DNA of 64,000 bases from an uncultured bacterium (GTDB lineage Bacteria; Chlamydiota; Chlamydiia; Chlamydiales; SM23-39), in the NCBI GenBank assembly GCA_963716985.1, contig OY970323.1, forward strand, positions 512,001 to 576,000, written 5' to 3'. Below the pieces are notes generated by a model. The model made no database searches. It was not told the origin of the DNA and saw nothing but the letters and a program-made list of their open reading frames with translations. The position numbers were made by a program, and so were the translations under genes. Numbering within the stretch: the stretch's first letter is position 1; each line of letters opens with the position of its first letter. Below, in pieces: positions 37,659 through 47,896 of this stretch.

Positions 37659-38384
37659 TTGCTCTCCCTGATCGACACCGGCACCCATCCGGCCATATGG
37701 AATATGGATTGGGATGCCCAATTTTTAGAAAGTCTGGACCCTAAGGTTTGCCTCCTCCATTTTTACGAGTGGGAAAAACCTTCGATTAGCTTTGGCCATT
37801 TTTTGGATCCGAAAAAATTTTTGGATCTTCAGAGAATCGAAGAAGAGGGGATCGATCTTGCGCGCCGCCCGACCGGCGGCGGCATTACCTTTCACTTATG
37901 GGATTTTGCCTTCTCTCTCTTTGTCGGGGCGCAAAATCGCGCTTTTTCTCAAGTTCCTCTGGAAAATTACCGAAGAGTCAATCGCGCCGTCTTAAGCGTT
38001 GTCAGTGAGTTTTTGCAAAAAGAGAGCCATCTGCAAACGGAAGAAAAGAGTCCTTTGGACGAATCGTGTAAGAATTTCTGCATGGCCCATCCGACGAAAT
38101 ACGACGTGATTGTGCAAGGGAAGAAAGTGGCGGGCGCTGCGCAAAGAAAGACAAAAAGGGGCTTTTTACATCAGGGAACGATTTTTTTGATTCCTCCGAA
38201 CAGCCGTCTTTTAAAAAAGATTCTTCTGCCCGAAGCGAATATTCTTTTTTCTCTGAAAAACAGCATGGTTTCTCTTTTTCCCGAAAAGAGGGATCTGTCC
38301 GATGTGAAAAAGAAATTACAAAAGCTTCTCTTTCATCAATTGCAGAAAAATTTGCAATCCTCAGAGTTATTCCCTATAATTTGA
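37659..38384 (+). CDS. lplA: Lipoate-protein ligase family protein
   Basis: NMDWD, RRPTGGG, KKVAGAAQR and LHQGT motifs. Confidence 0.88.
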   Translation: MLSLIDTGTHPAIWNMDWDAQFLESLDPKVCLLHFYEWEKPSISFGHFLDPKKFLDLQRIEEEGIDLARRPTGGGITFHLWDFAFSLFVGAQNRAFSQVPLENYRRVNRAVLSVVSEFLQKESHLQTEEKSPLDESCKNFCMAHPTKYDVIVQGKKVAGAAQRKTKRGFLHQGTIFLIPPNSRLLKKILLPEANILFSLKNSMVSLFPEKRDLSDVKKKLQKLLFHQLQKNLQSSELFPII

Positions 38385-38405
38385 TTCCAGCTTTGAGGAT
38401 TTTTT

Positions 38406-39923
38406 ATGGCACAAGATCAAAAACATGCAATTTCTCCTACTCGACTGGAAGATTATTCCGAATGGTATCAAGAGGTAATCAAAGCATCCGACCTGGCCGA
38501 ACACTCGCCGGTGCGCGGATGCATGGTAATCAAACCCTGGGGCTATGGCATCTGGGAGAACATCCAGCGGATCATGAATGCAAAGATTAAAGAGACCGGA
38601 CATCAAAATGCCTACTTTCCTCTCTTCATTCCCTTGAGTTTTTTTGAACGGGAAGCCGAACATGTGGAGGGTTTTGCGAAAGAGTGTGCCGTTGTGACCC
38701 ACTCTCGTTTGGAAAAAAATAAAGAGGGCAAACTGGTTCCCGCCGCGCCCTTAGAAGAGCCTTTGATCGTTCGGCCCACATCGGAAATGATCATCGGAGA
38801 GATGTTTTCCAAGTGGGTGCAATCCTGGCGCGACCTGCCCCTTTTGATCAATCAGTGGGCCAACATCGTTCGCATGGAGATGAGAACGCGCCTTTTCCTT
38901 CGCACGACCGAATTTCTCTGGCAGGAAGGACATACCGTTCATGCAACGCAAAAAGAGGCCGAAGAAGAGACCGGAAAGATGCTGGATGTCTATGCCAAGT
39001 TTTGCCACGATATTTTGGCAATGCCGGTCATCAAGGGAGAAAAAACGGCTGCGGAGCGATTCCCCGGAGCTGTGAGTACCTATGCAATCGAAGCCATGAT
39101 GCAGGATCGCAAGTCTTTGCAAGCAGGCACCTCTCATTTTCTGGGTCAGAATTTTGCTAAATCCTGCCACATTCGCTTTACCGATGAAAAGGGTGATTTG
39201 CAGTATGGCTGGACGACCTCTTGGGGTGTTACGACCCGCCTGATCGGGGGCATTATCATGACCCATAGCGATGATGATGGCCTCGTGCTGCCTCCGCGGA
39301 TTGCTCCTTTGCAGATCATACTTCTGCCCATTGTGCATCAGCAAGAGGGGAGGCAAGAGCTTCTCTCCTATTGCAGGAAGATACTCGAGGAGTTGAAGAA
39401 AATTTCCTATCATGGATCTCTGCTCGAGGCGGCACTCGATGATAGCGACAAGAGGGGAGGAGAGAAGAAGTGGGGCTGGGTGAAAAAGGGAGTGCCTCTT
39501 CGTATTGAAATCGGTCCTCGCGAAATGCAAAACGACATGCTCAGCGTTGCTAGAAGAGATCAGATGGGACAGGTCCGGCAGATGAAACGGCAAGCTTTCA
39601 TCGAAGATGTGGCAAAAATTTTGGACGATCTGCAGGAAAATCTTTTGCTAAGGGCCACATCTTTTCAAAAGGAGAACACAAAACTCATTGATTCCAAAGA
39701 AGAGCTCTTTCGGTTTTTCACTCCCCAAAATGAAGGAAAACCGGAAATCCATGGAGGCTTTGCCCTGTCGCATTTTTGCCAAGATCCAAAAACAGAAGAA
39801 GAGCTGAAAAAAGAGCTCAACATCACTGTTCGGTGCATTCCCTTGGGAAAAGAAGAAATGGGAAAATGCATCATTACCGGCGCTCTTAGCAAACAGAGGG
39901 TCATTTTTGCGAAGGCATATTAA
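38406..39923 (+). CDS. proS: Proline-tRNA ligase, archaeal/eukaryotic type
   Basis: HVEGFAKE, RPTSE, FLRTTEFLWQEGH and LQAGTSHFLGQNF motifs; C-terminal FAKAY. Confidence 0.96.
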   Translation: MAQDQKHAISPTRLEDYSEWYQEVIKASDLAEHSPVRGCMVIKPWGYGIWENIQRIMNAKIKETGHQNAYFPLFIPLSFFEREAEHVEGFAKECAVVTHSRLEKNKEGKLVPAAPLEEPLIVRPTSEMIIGEMFSKWVQSWRDLPLLINQWANIVRMEMRTRLFLRTTEFLWQEGHTVHATQKEAEEETGKMLDVYAKFCHDILAMPVIKGEKTAAERFPGAVSTYAIEAMMQDRKSLQAGTSHFLGQNFAKSCHIRFTDEKGDLQYGWTTSWGVTTRLIGGIIMTHSDDDGLVLPPRIAPLQIILLPIVHQQEGRQELLSYCRKILEELKKISYHGSLLEAALDDSDKRGGEKKWGWVKKGVPLRIEIGPREMQNDMLSVARRDQMGQVRQMKRQAFIEDVAKILDDLQENLLLRATSFQKENTKLIDSKEELFRFFTPQNEGKPEIHGGFALSHFCQDPKTEEELKKELNITVRCIPLGKEEMGKCIITGALSKQRVIFAKAY

Positions 39924-39955
39924 TGCCAAGGCATACTAATGCCGAGGCATACTAA
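39908..39955 (+). repeat. 3 x 16-bp tandem repeat of the proS 3' end
   Basis: TGCGAAGGCATATTAA / TGCCAAGGCATACTAA / TGCCGAGGCATACTAA. Confidence 0.9.
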
Positions 39956-39998
39956 ACGGAAAACATAAAAAAGATTTTTCATAGGAGAGACAGACTTT

Positions 39999-42323
39999 AT
40001 GATGCAGTTTTTGCGCAAATACCAACGCTATATCTTCATAGTCATTACCGCATTCATTGTGATTTCATTTTCCTTTTTTGGGACCTTTAGTTTGCAGTGG
40101 GGTTCGCAAAAGAAGAAAGAGATTAAGGTTGCAGAGCGTTTGGACGGCTCCGAATTGACCTACTCTTCCGTGGAAAAGATGTCGCGATTTCTCTCATCGG
40201 ACAGCGAAAGTTTGCGCAATACCAGAGAGCGCTTCATGCCCAACCTTTTCAATGACGGCGTGATTGAAAAAGATTTTTTGGAAAGCAAAATCATCTCCCA
40301 TCTCGTTGCCCATTATTTCGAAGATCTAAAACCCCACTTGCAGCTCATGTTGGACCGCGTGCAGCACTATATTCCCTACAAACATCCGGAAACAGACGCG
40401 CTCAGTTCCATGATGGTTTGGAATCAGCTCGCCCCTTCGATTAGCCAAGGATTGCTTGATCTCCGCAAGGAGAAAGAGGTCTCTCTTGCCTTTTTTTCCC
40501 GCCTCTTTGATCTCTATCTTGCGGAAAAAAGCTTTCCGCCCGAAGCCTTGCAAAGAGTTCTCATCTATCAGCAAAATCAAAATCCCTCTCTTCCTGTAGA
40601 CATGCGGCTTGTGCAGGAGGATTTTTCTCTCTTTTCGCTGCATACGATCTCCGATTGGTTCGGCCAAAATTTTATTGACATGATCAGCCAGTTCATCCTC
40701 AACGCGGCATCGGTTGCAAAAGAAAAGGGGTATCAGGTAAGCGAAAGGGAAGCTATTTTTGAGCTCAAAGAGAACTTAAAAAAAGGTCTCAAAAAATGGG
40801 GCCTTGAGATGAAAGAGGGAGATTTCCGTCAACACCTGCAAATGCTCGGAATGAGTGAGGAAGACACGATAGAAACCTATCGGCAGATCCTGCTTTTTAG
40901 AAGATATTTTCACGATATGGGCGGCCATGTTTTTCTCGATGCTCAACCCTATAAAGAGATCGCGGCTTTTGCTGCAGAGTCGGCCCTTGTGCAATTGTTT
41001 GATCTGCCTCCTTACTTACAGCTGAAAAACTTTCATGATTTGATGCTTTTGGAGGTCTATCTTCAAGCAGTCTATCCCCACAACAAGAATCCCTTGGAGC
41101 TGCGCGGCGATGGCGATCCGATCGAATCGGTAGAGAAAAGGGCTCCCGACCTTGTGGGCAAGAACTATCAGATCCGTCTGAGAGAAACAACCAAAGAGCG
41201 CGTCCTTTTGCGCATTGGAGAAAGAGAGCTTTGGGAGTGGGAGATGAAGGAGCCTTTTTTTAAGGAGCTCAAAGAAAAATTTCCTTTTCTTGCCCATGTT
41301 CAAGCAGCAACTGCGCAAAAGCGGTTTGAAGCGTTAGAAAATCTCACCTGGGAAAAAAGAGAAGAGGTGGATCGCTTTGCCCGCGATCGAATTTTAGAGG
41401 GCCATCCTACCTGGATTCAAGAATCTCTCATCGCCTCTTCACAAAAAGAGATGCACCTGGACCTTCGCCTCGGAAAGAGCCAAATTGTTTTAAAAGGGGT
41501 ACAAAGCCCGGAAAAACTTTTTCCCATTCTTGAAAAAGCACCCCTCCTTTCCCAAGAGAGCCTTACGAGCGAGGAGAAAAAAGCAATCGAAGCGCTCAAA
41601 TTTTTTACTCAAGATAAGGAGCATTACTATTCCATCGAACTCGTGGGCCGCGACAAAGAAAAACACATCCTTTTATTTGGAGAGGCTCTGAAGGATGGGA
41701 CACTAGAGCATATGCTCGATTCCTTTTTAGAAAAGCATTATGATGAGGCCAAGGGCAGGAGGCCCGATCTTTTTGGCTTGCAAAAGCCTTTTGATGAAGT
41801 CAAAGACCAGATCGGCAAGATTGTCTTCGTAGATCTTTTGAAATCCATCGATCAGGATTATAGCAAGCAGATCGGAAAAATCACCTGGGAAGAGGGCAAT
41901 GGCTCCTTGGATTTTTATGCAAAACATCGACTTTTCTGCCATGTGCGAAAACTTCGCGAGAAGATCATGAATCAAAAAGATCCCTCGCTCTTTCTTCAAA
42001 AAAATGAAAATTCTCTGGCAGATCAATGGAAGATGAAAGAAAAAACGCTCGACGTAGATCGAACCTTTGATCCCTCCTGGGTGAGCAGTCAACTCTTCAA
42101 AAAGAAGAAGGTGGACTGGTCCTCCGTTCATGTCGAATCTTCGGGAAGTATCGCCTTCTTTCACGTTCTGGAATGGAAGCAAAAGCCGGCCGCTTTTGAA
42201 GAAGATCTTCTCTTGAATCAAAAAAAGCTCTCTTTTGAGGCGCAAGGTTATTTGACGAAGAAGCTACTCAAGAGAATGCAGGAAAAGAGAGCCATTGTCT
42301 TGCCGATTAGGAAAGAAGATTAA
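39999..42323 (+). CDS. Conserved chlamydial membrane-anchored protein (SurA/PpiD-like N-terminus; CT283-like position)
   Basis: MMQFLRKYQRYIFIVIT..ISFSFFG N-terminus; lies between lplA and gcvH. Confidence 0.65.
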   Translation: MMQFLRKYQRYIFIVITAFIVISFSFFGTFSLQWGSQKKKEIKVAERLDGSELTYSSVEKMSRFLSSDSESLRNTRERFMPNLFNDGVIEKDFLESKIISHLVAHYFEDLKPHLQLMLDRVQHYIPYKHPETDALSSMMVWNQLAPSISQGLLDLRKEKEVSLAFFSRLFDLYLAEKSFPPEALQRVLIYQQNQNPSLPVDMRLVQEDFSLFSLHTISDWFGQNFIDMISQFILNAASVAKEKGYQVSEREAIFELKENLKKGLKKWGLEMKEGDFRQHLQMLGMSEEDTIETYRQILLFRRYFHDMGGHVFLDAQPYKEIAAFAAESALVQLFDLPPYLQLKNFHDLMLLEVYLQAVYPHNKNPLELRGDGDPIESVEKRAPDLVGKNYQIRLRETTKERVLLRIGERELWEWEMKEPFFKELKEKFPFLAHVQAATAQKRFEALENLTWEKREEVDRFARDRILEGHPTWIQESLIASSQKEMHLDLRLGKSQIVLKGVQSPEKLFPILEKAPLLSQESLTSEEKKAIEALKFFTQDKEHYYSIELVGRDKEKHILLFGEALKDGTLEHMLDSFLEKHYDEAKGRRPDLFGLQKPFDEVKDQIGKIVFVDLLKSIDQDYSKQIGKITWEEGNGSLDFYAKHRLFCHVRKLREKIMNQKDPSLFLQKNENSLADQWKMKEKTLDVDRTFDPSWVSSQLFKKKKVDWSSVHVESSGSIAFFHVLEWKQKPAAFEEDLLLNQKKLSFEAQGYLTKKLLKRMQEKRAIVLPIRKED

Positions 42324-42324
42324 G

Positions 42325-42957
42325 ATGCTGGAAGATTTACCCCTTCTTTCGTTTTTTCCTTTCTTTTCCATCTGCATTGAGTGTTTGCATTTAGGAAATA
42401 AAGAGAAATGGACACAGGATCATCTCATTCCTTCCACTTCTCCATATCTCGATGAGAAGCCCTTTGCCGATCTCTATTTTGGCTGGCGAGAAAATGCTCT
42501 TTTGTTTCGTCTCGATAGCAAGAAGCCCTTTGAGCATGTAGAAAGAGCCGATTACAAGAATGGGGATGCCCTTGAGATTTTTATCGATACGCGCGATCTC
42601 AAAACAAGAGGTAGTTCGGCTTTTTGCCACCAATTTCTCTTTTTTCCCGAAAAAGTGGGGGGGTATTGGGCCAAGGAGATCACCCAGTTTCGCTCCTCTG
42701 AGATCCATCCTCTATGCGATCCTCGAGAATTGGGAGTAGAGAGCCGCTTGTCATCTTCTACCTTTTCTTTAGAGATCGAGATTCCTGTCTCTTGTCTTTA
42801 TGGATTCGATCCTTCTCGTTTTGATCGATTCGGCTTTGCCTATCGGCTCCACCGCCCCGCGGACAATCCCCAGAATTTTTGTCTCTCTTCCTTCGAGTTT
42901 TCTCTGGAAAGACAACCCTCTTTCTGGTCTAGTGTAAAAATGATCAAAGAAAAATGA
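42325..42957 (+). CDS. Hypothetical protein (possible CBM9/DOMON-like fold)
   Basis: GDALEIFIDTRD and LEIEIP motifs; operonic. Confidence 0.6.
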   Translation: MLEDLPLLSFFPFFSICIECLHLGNKEKWTQDHLIPSTSPYLDEKPFADLYFGWRENALLFRLDSKKPFEHVERADYKNGDALEIFIDTRDLKTRGSSAFCHQFLFFPEKVGGYWAKEITQFRSSEIHPLCDPRELGVESRLSSSTFSLEIEIPVSCLYGFDPSRFDRFGFAYRLHRPADNPQNFCLSSFEFSLERQPSFWSSVKMIKEK

Positions 42958-43328
42958 AGGTACGCATGAAATTTTCCAAATCACATGCTTGGGTAGAGCT
43001 CAAAGGCACTATTGCAACCGTTGGTATTTCTCAAGAGGCGCTAGAGCTTTTGGGAGAGATTGTTTTTGTGGATCTGCCAACGATTGGCAAAGAGATCAAG
43101 ATCGACGAGCCCTCCGTTCTTTTAGAAGCCTCCAAAGCAGCTTCGGATTTCTACTCTCCGCTTTCCGGGAAAATCGTAGCAGTGAATGAATATCTGAAAA
43201 ACAATCCCGCTCTTTTGAACGAGAGTCCGGAAAAAAAAGGATGGCTCTACCGGATGGATATTTCGAAGAAAGAAGAAATCGACCATCTCCTCGATGAGAA
43301 GGAGTATCGCATCTTCGCCGGAGGCTAA
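42954..43328 (+). CDS. gcvH: Glycine cleavage H / lipoyl carrier protein
   Basis: FSKSHAWV, LGEIVFVDLP, EASKAASD (lipoyl Lys) and NESPEKKGWL motifs. Confidence 0.92.
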   Translation: MKVRMKFSKSHAWVELKGTIATVGISQEALELLGEIVFVDLPTIGKEIKIDEPSVLLEASKAASDFYSPLSGKIVAVNEYLKNNPALLNESPEKKGWLYRMDISKKEEIDHLLDEKEYRIFAGG

Positions 43329-43329
43329 A

Positions 43330-43572
43330 ATGAAAAAGAAAATTACCTGCAAAACGGGTCTGAAAGAAGAGATCATCAACAAAGAAGTGTTTGATCGAGA
43401 AGTCGCTCTATGTCACATGCTTTCTCGGGAAAACAATGGAACGTGCGGCTGGGGTGTCTGCGCTCATTGCGGCGTCATTCCTCTTTTGGTTAAATTGCAC
43501 AAAGGAGAGTTGTTAGAAAAGCCGAATGAAATAAGTAAAATCAAACACGAGTTTCTCAATCTTGCAAAATGA
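43330..43572 (+). CDS. Small Cys-rich hypothetical protein
   Basis: CGWGVCAHCG; coupled to both neighbours. Confidence 0.6.
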   Translation: MKKKITCKTGLKEEIINKEVFDREVALCHMLSRENNGTCGWGVCAHCGVIPLLVKLHKGELLEKPNEISKIKHEFLNLAK

Positions 43573-44111
43573 TGCTGGGAATAAATTTTCGAGAAGTACA
43601 AAGGGTTTTTCACGTTTGTCTGCAAAAGCTGTCATCCGTTTTTTTTCCGCCCATCTGCCTTCATTGCGATAGAGAAATGCCGCACAATCAATCGCTTTTT
43701 TGCGAAGGGTGCGCGCAGCTTTTGACCCTTTGCGATTTGGCAAAAGATGCACGGTGCGGCTGTTTATTTGAACAATTAGGGCCGGCGCTTACTCTCTATT
43801 CCTGTTTTGCCAGAGGATCCCAAGTGCTCTTTTCCAAAACGCTTGCCTCCTACATGGTGGTCCAGATGGATCGTATGGGCTGGCCGGAGTTTGATGCGAT
43901 TCTAAAACCCTCTAGAAAAGAGCCGAAGGCCATGAGAGATCTTGCACGCGAGCTTGCTCTCCTTCTTCAAAAAAAAATCAGCTCTTCTTCCGAAAAAAAG
44001 GGCGTCTATTTGGTGATTGCTGCAACAATCGATGAAGAGACGTTAAGACAAAAAGAGGCAATTTTCCAAGGATCCAAGATTTATGGGATGGGAATTTTTC
44101 GAAAATTTTAA
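43569..44111 (+). CDS. ComF-like protein (zinc ribbon, degenerate PRTase)
   Basis: [16 protein letters not shown]-terminus. Confidence 0.6.
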   Translation: MMLGINFREVQRVFHVCLQKLSSVFFPPICLHCDREMPHNQSLFCEGCAQLLTLCDLAKDARCGCLFEQLGPALTLYSCFARGSQVLFSKTLASYMVVQMDRMGWPEFDAILKPSRKEPKAMRDLARELALLLQKKISSSSEKKGVYLVIAATIDEETLRQKEAIFQGSKIYGMGIFRKF

Positions 44112-45433
44112 GATGCGATATTCCGTTTTGCCAGTTCTACCTGTCGTTTGAGCGAATGGTTTTTTTCGATCTCTTGAGAAATTTTCTTCCAGGCATGCAA
44201 GAGCGTCGAGTGGGTTTTTCCTCCAAAGGAAGAGGCAATTTTCATGAGAGAGTCGTCCATGAGTTCTTTGGCCAGATACATCGCCACCTGTCTTGGAAGC
44301 GCAATTTCTTTCAGCCGAGACTCTCCTTTCAGATCGCTCACTCGCGCTTCAAAAACCGTAGCAACGCTTTTTAATATGCTCTCGACGGTGATCTTGTTTT
44401 GAGGGGGGCGATAATCGGAGATCTCTTTTAAAAAGTTTTCTGCAATTTTTTCCGTCATCTCCAGATGCATCAGACGGCAATAAGCAGAGAGGCGGTTGAT
44501 CACTCCTTCCATTTGCCGTACGTTGGTATAGGCGCGGTCGGCAATGAAGAAGGCGACATTCTGGGGGATCGCGATCCCTTTTGATTCGGCTTTTTGCTGG
44601 ATAATGGCCACTCGGGTTTCAAGTTCGGGAATTCCGATATGCGCCACAAGCCCCCATTCCATACGGGCGATCATTCTCTCGGAGAGCTTGAGCTGGGAGG
44701 GCGGTTTATCAGAGGTGATGACGATTTGCTTATTTTGATTGATCAGGCTTTCGAATGTGTTGCAAAATTCCTCTTCGAAATTGAGGCGATTTTGCAGAAA
44801 TTGGATATCGTCGACGAGAAGAACGTCGAGGTTGCGGTAAAATCGCTTCATCTTATCGCTCGATTTATTGCGCAAGCTGTCGACCAGGTCATTAATAAAA
44901 GATTCCGTTGTGATGCATTGGACGGTGAGTTTTTTTAACGTCTTTTGCACCTCGTGGCCGATTCCATGCAACAGATGGGTTTTGCCAAGGCCAACGCCTC
45001 CGTGAATGAAGAGGGGATTGAAAGACTTTCCGGGCTTTGCCGCAACCCCAAGAGCCGCTGATTTGACAAACTGGTTGGAGGGGCCCTCCACAAAGCTTTC
45101 AAAGGTATAGTTCGGATTGAGGTTGCCGCTCTGAGCTTTGGGAAGAGGGGGAAGCGGGGGAGCGATTGTGATCTTTTTTTCCGTAGGCGAGATGATAAAT
45201 TCGATTGCAGGCTCTTTTGACGCTGTGGGAAAAAGAGCGAAGAGATCTTCCTTATAATTGTCTAAAAGATACTCCTTGACGAAGATGTTTGGCACCTCAA
45301 GGGTAATGGATTTTTCAGATGCGGACACAAAGCGGATAGGAGAGAGCCAGTTTTGATACTCTGCGAGGGAGCATTTCTTTTGCACGAGCTCTAAAAACTG
45401 CACCCAAAGATCCTGAAGGTTTGTCGTGAGCAT
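44108..45433 (-). CDS. dnaA: Chromosomal replication initiator DnaA
   Basis: [29 protein letters not shown] and [15 protein letters not shown] motifs. Confidence 0.97.
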   Translation of the reverse strand: MLTTNLQDLWVQFLELVQKKCSLAEYQNWLSPIRFVSASEKSITLEVPNIFVKEYLLDNYKEDLFALFPTASKEPAIEFIISPTEKKITIAPPLPPLPKAQSGNLNPNYTFESFVEGPSNQFVKSAALGVAAKPGKSFNPLFIHGGVGLGKTHLLHGIGHEVQKTLKKLTVQCITTESFINDLVDSLRNKSSDKMKRFYRNLDVLLVDDIQFLQNRLNFEEEFCNTFESLINQNKQIVITSDKPPSQLKLSERMIARMEWGLVAHIGIPELETRVAIIQQKAESKGIAIPQNVAFFIADRAYTNVRQMEGVINRLSAYCRLMHLEMTEKIAENFLKEISDYRPPQNKITVESILKSVATVFEARVSDLKGESRLKEIALPRQVAMYLAKELMDDSLMKIASSFGGKTHSTLLHAWKKISQEIEKNHSLKRQVELAKRNIAS

Positions 45434-45646
45434 TTTGAAAGTTTTTCTTCTTTTTTGGAGGCCTTTACAAGATCAGACTCTAACAGCTCACTTCTTAGGG
45501 CGCAAGCGAAAATTCGAGAGAAAATGTGCATCGAATTTAACCAAAAAGATCTTAGGTTTTTAAGAAAAAAAAGAAACCTTTCATGAGCTGAAAATGAAAT
45601 TTCACAAGTGGATTGTCTGCTTGGAATCGATGAGAATTTTTGTGAT

Positions 45647-45973
45647 CTAGCGTTTTTGAAGTTTCGAAAATACCGAAGACCAGAAATCTTCACAAAAATC
45701 CCAAGGAACCAAAACAGGAAAAAGAGCAACGTCGGAAAGAAGAATGGGTCCAATAATTACAGCAATGATATCGCTTGAAAATCCAAGATGTGAAAAAATG
45801 GCCGCAAGAATAAAAAAAACAGCATTTGCAATCACCAAAATATTCCCGATCATGTAGGGATTTAAAGGCTTTGATTTGTTCTCCCTTGAAAATAAGGCAA
45901 AAAGATTTGATCCCGGAGCAATGGAAAGGGTTGTAGCTTTGATCATTTTTTTTCCTCCTGATTGCATACCCAC
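45647..45973 (-). CDS. Small membrane protein, Inc-like bilobed hydrophobic region
   Basis: About 50-aa hydrophobic hairpin. Confidence 0.45.
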   Translation of the reverse strand: MGMQSGGKKMIKATTLSIAPGSNLFALFSRENKSKPLNPYMIGNILVIANAVFFILAAIFSHLGFSSDIIAVIIGPILLSDVALFPVLVPWDFCEDFWSSVFSKLQKR

Positions 45974-46467
45974 TTAACGCCAGTTACTGCAAAGTAAAAC
46001 AGGCCGACAAAACTCGCATAATATACAGCCGAAGCCGCGTAGCAGGTTGCTTGATAAAAAAGATTGTTTGGGGTGGCGAACCATTTATTGCATTCCCTAT
46101 ATGAGGCGAAGGCAAAGGAGCCAAAAGTAAGTATGCTGAATAAACCTACTGCTATACAGTTGATGAGATCCGCGCTCATTCTCGAGGCAGTATCAATTTT
46201 TTTGGAACCTGCATCCATCATAATTTTGATGACCACAAGGCCGCAACCTAAAGTTGTTCCTACTAAAAAACCCATGGGACCGCCCAGGCAAACACCCCCG
46301 AGCGCACCTCCGGCAATTCCACTAAGTGAAACTTTTGTTCCCGGTGAAAAATAACTTGTATCTGTTTTCATCCTATTGACAGCGCGGAAGCCTACTTCTT
46401 TAGGGGTGGGAGGAAGCGCCGCTCCTTTATTAACTGTTAAAGAAAGGGGTCCTGCGACCCCTGTCAA
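45943..46467 (-). CDS. Membrane protein, Inc-like candidate
   Basis: Gly-rich hydrophobic hairpin plus two further TM segments. Confidence 0.5.
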   Translation of the reverse strand: MTGVAGPLSLTVNKGAALPPTPKEVGFRAVNRMKTDTSYFSPGTKVSLSGIAGGALGGVCLGGPMGFLVGTTLGCGLVVIKIMMDAGSKKIDTASRMSADLINCIAVGLFSILTFGSFAFASYRECNKWFATPNNLFYQATCYAASAVYYASFVGLFYFAVTGVKWVCNQEEKK

Positions 46468-46712
46468 TCCACGTAATCTACTTAAGGGAATTACGTGATT
46501 TGAGTTTATGCAAAAGAAAAGTTTTTCTCAAGAATGATTGGGAGTTTGTAGCAGCTCCCTCTCTAAATGAGAAATTTGAAGCACGGCTGCTCTCGTTCGC
46601 GATTCGAAAAAAGATAGCGAACGTTTGCGAAAATTTTTGCTTGCCTTTGTCTATGAAAAAAACCTTCGGCGGGAGCTCCTGGGGGGGGTGGGGACTCAGA
46701 TTGGAAGCTCTG

Positions 46713-47108
46713 TTATGAATGGCTTTGGATCAAAGCTTCTGCTTGCTGCGCGATTCTTACATTGGGGCAGCGCTCCAGCACTTTGGCCTGCAGAAGTCCC
46801 TGCTTCTTATAACCGATCGAAAAGAGGGCTTTGGACCGATTGAGAATCGTCGGATAATGATTGGGATCGATCTTCAGCGCGCGATCGAGATATTCCAGAG
46901 ATTCAAGCCCTTTTCCCATCTGCAGATAAATCGCTCCGAGCATTTGCAAGTCGTAGGTTCCTTTGGGATTGAGCAAAACCAGCATTTTGAAAAAATCAAG
47001 AGCAATGTCGAATTTTCCTTGTTGTGCGTAGGCAGCGCCCACAAATCGGACATTATTGACGGTGTCAGCGTCCCATCCGAGAAGATCTGCCCAATTCTGT
47101 TTTGCCAT
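46713..47108 (-). CDS. TPR protein, CT274-like type III secretion chaperone family
   Basis: WADLLGW..QGKFDIALDFF TPRs; synteny next to dnaA. Confidence 0.75.
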   Translation of the reverse strand: MAKQNWADLLGWDADTVNNVRFVGAAYAQQGKFDIALDFFKMLVLLNPKGTYDLQMLGAIYLQMGKGLESLEYLDRALKIDPNHYPTILNRSKALFSIGYKKQGLLQAKVLERCPNVRIAQQAEALIQSHS

Positions 47109-47113
47109 AGAAA

Positions 47114-47539
47114 TTATCCTGCAAGGAACTGCCGTCGTCCATGATTGCTCAGGCGCAGGAGTTCTTCAATTTTTTTGGTTCTTTCAATAAAAGAGCTAAC
47201 GATTCGACTTTCGTTATCTTCGGGCTTTGGAAGGGTGGTAATGGTTTGTTTGAGTTGTTCGACGTCGAGTCCCGGAATGAGTTGATCGCCGAAGACGAAT
47301 TTAGAAGGAACGGCAATTGAAGGGGGAAAATCGGCCCACGTGCTTTTCTCCTTTTCTCCTAAGAATTCCGGGCGAACAAAGGAAGGATGGAGTGTAAGGC
47401 TCTCTGTTCTATGGGGAATCTCCATGGAGTCTTTAATAAAGGAAGAATCATAGCGCTCTGCATTCTCTGCGTAAGCTCTTGACACCTCTATACCCATATC
47501 TGCAACGGTTTTGGGAGCTACCTTTTCGAAATCTGCCAT
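47114..47539 (-). CDS. CT273-like conserved chlamydial protein
   Basis: TVADMGIEVSRAYA and WADFPP motifs; synteny. Confidence 0.6.
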   Translation of the reverse strand: MADFEKVAPKTVADMGIEVSRAYAENAERYDSSFIKDSMEIPHRTESLTLHPSFVRPEFLGEKEKSTWADFPPSIAVPSKFVFGDQLIPGLDVEQLKQTITTLPKPEDNESRIVSSFIERTKKIEELLRLSNHGRRQFLAG

Positions 47540-47896
47540 GAAAATACCTTTTTCGATCATTGTAGCAGGTGGATCTTTTTTTCAAAGCTCCCTCTTTTCC
47601 CACAATTGCGGCGCTGCCGCAGATATGAACAGCTTTTGGCAAGGAGTTGGCAGACTCGCGTATTTCTTTATTAAGTTGCTGATAGAAAATGAGATAAGTA
47701 TGGGTAATGAGCCTATTTTTTTACGGGATTTGGGAGGCAGTTTTCAACAAGTTTTCCACAATTTCCCACCGGTTGTTCATAAAATTTTATTTCCATTTTA
47801 AGCCTTTTGCCTTCAGCGTCTTGATCAACGAAATGCGGGGTGCGATAAAAAGAGTTTTTTGAAAATTATTGCCAACTTTTTTCTTTGAGTGCTAGT

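Noticed and set aside
38751..39593. 280-aa antisense ORF, and similar shadows over radA, clpC, rsmH, murE and 62199-62771
   Set aside because: They lie over well-supported genes and have no recognisable motifs.
46671..46694. G-rich tract with a G8 run as a phase-variation site or G-quadruplex
   Set aside because: Lies just downstream of a stop codon with no frameshifted gene around it; no supporting evidence.
47869..47895. Second CIRCE upstream of mraZ
   Set aside because: Only a half-site (GAGTGCTAG); better explained as promoter sequence.
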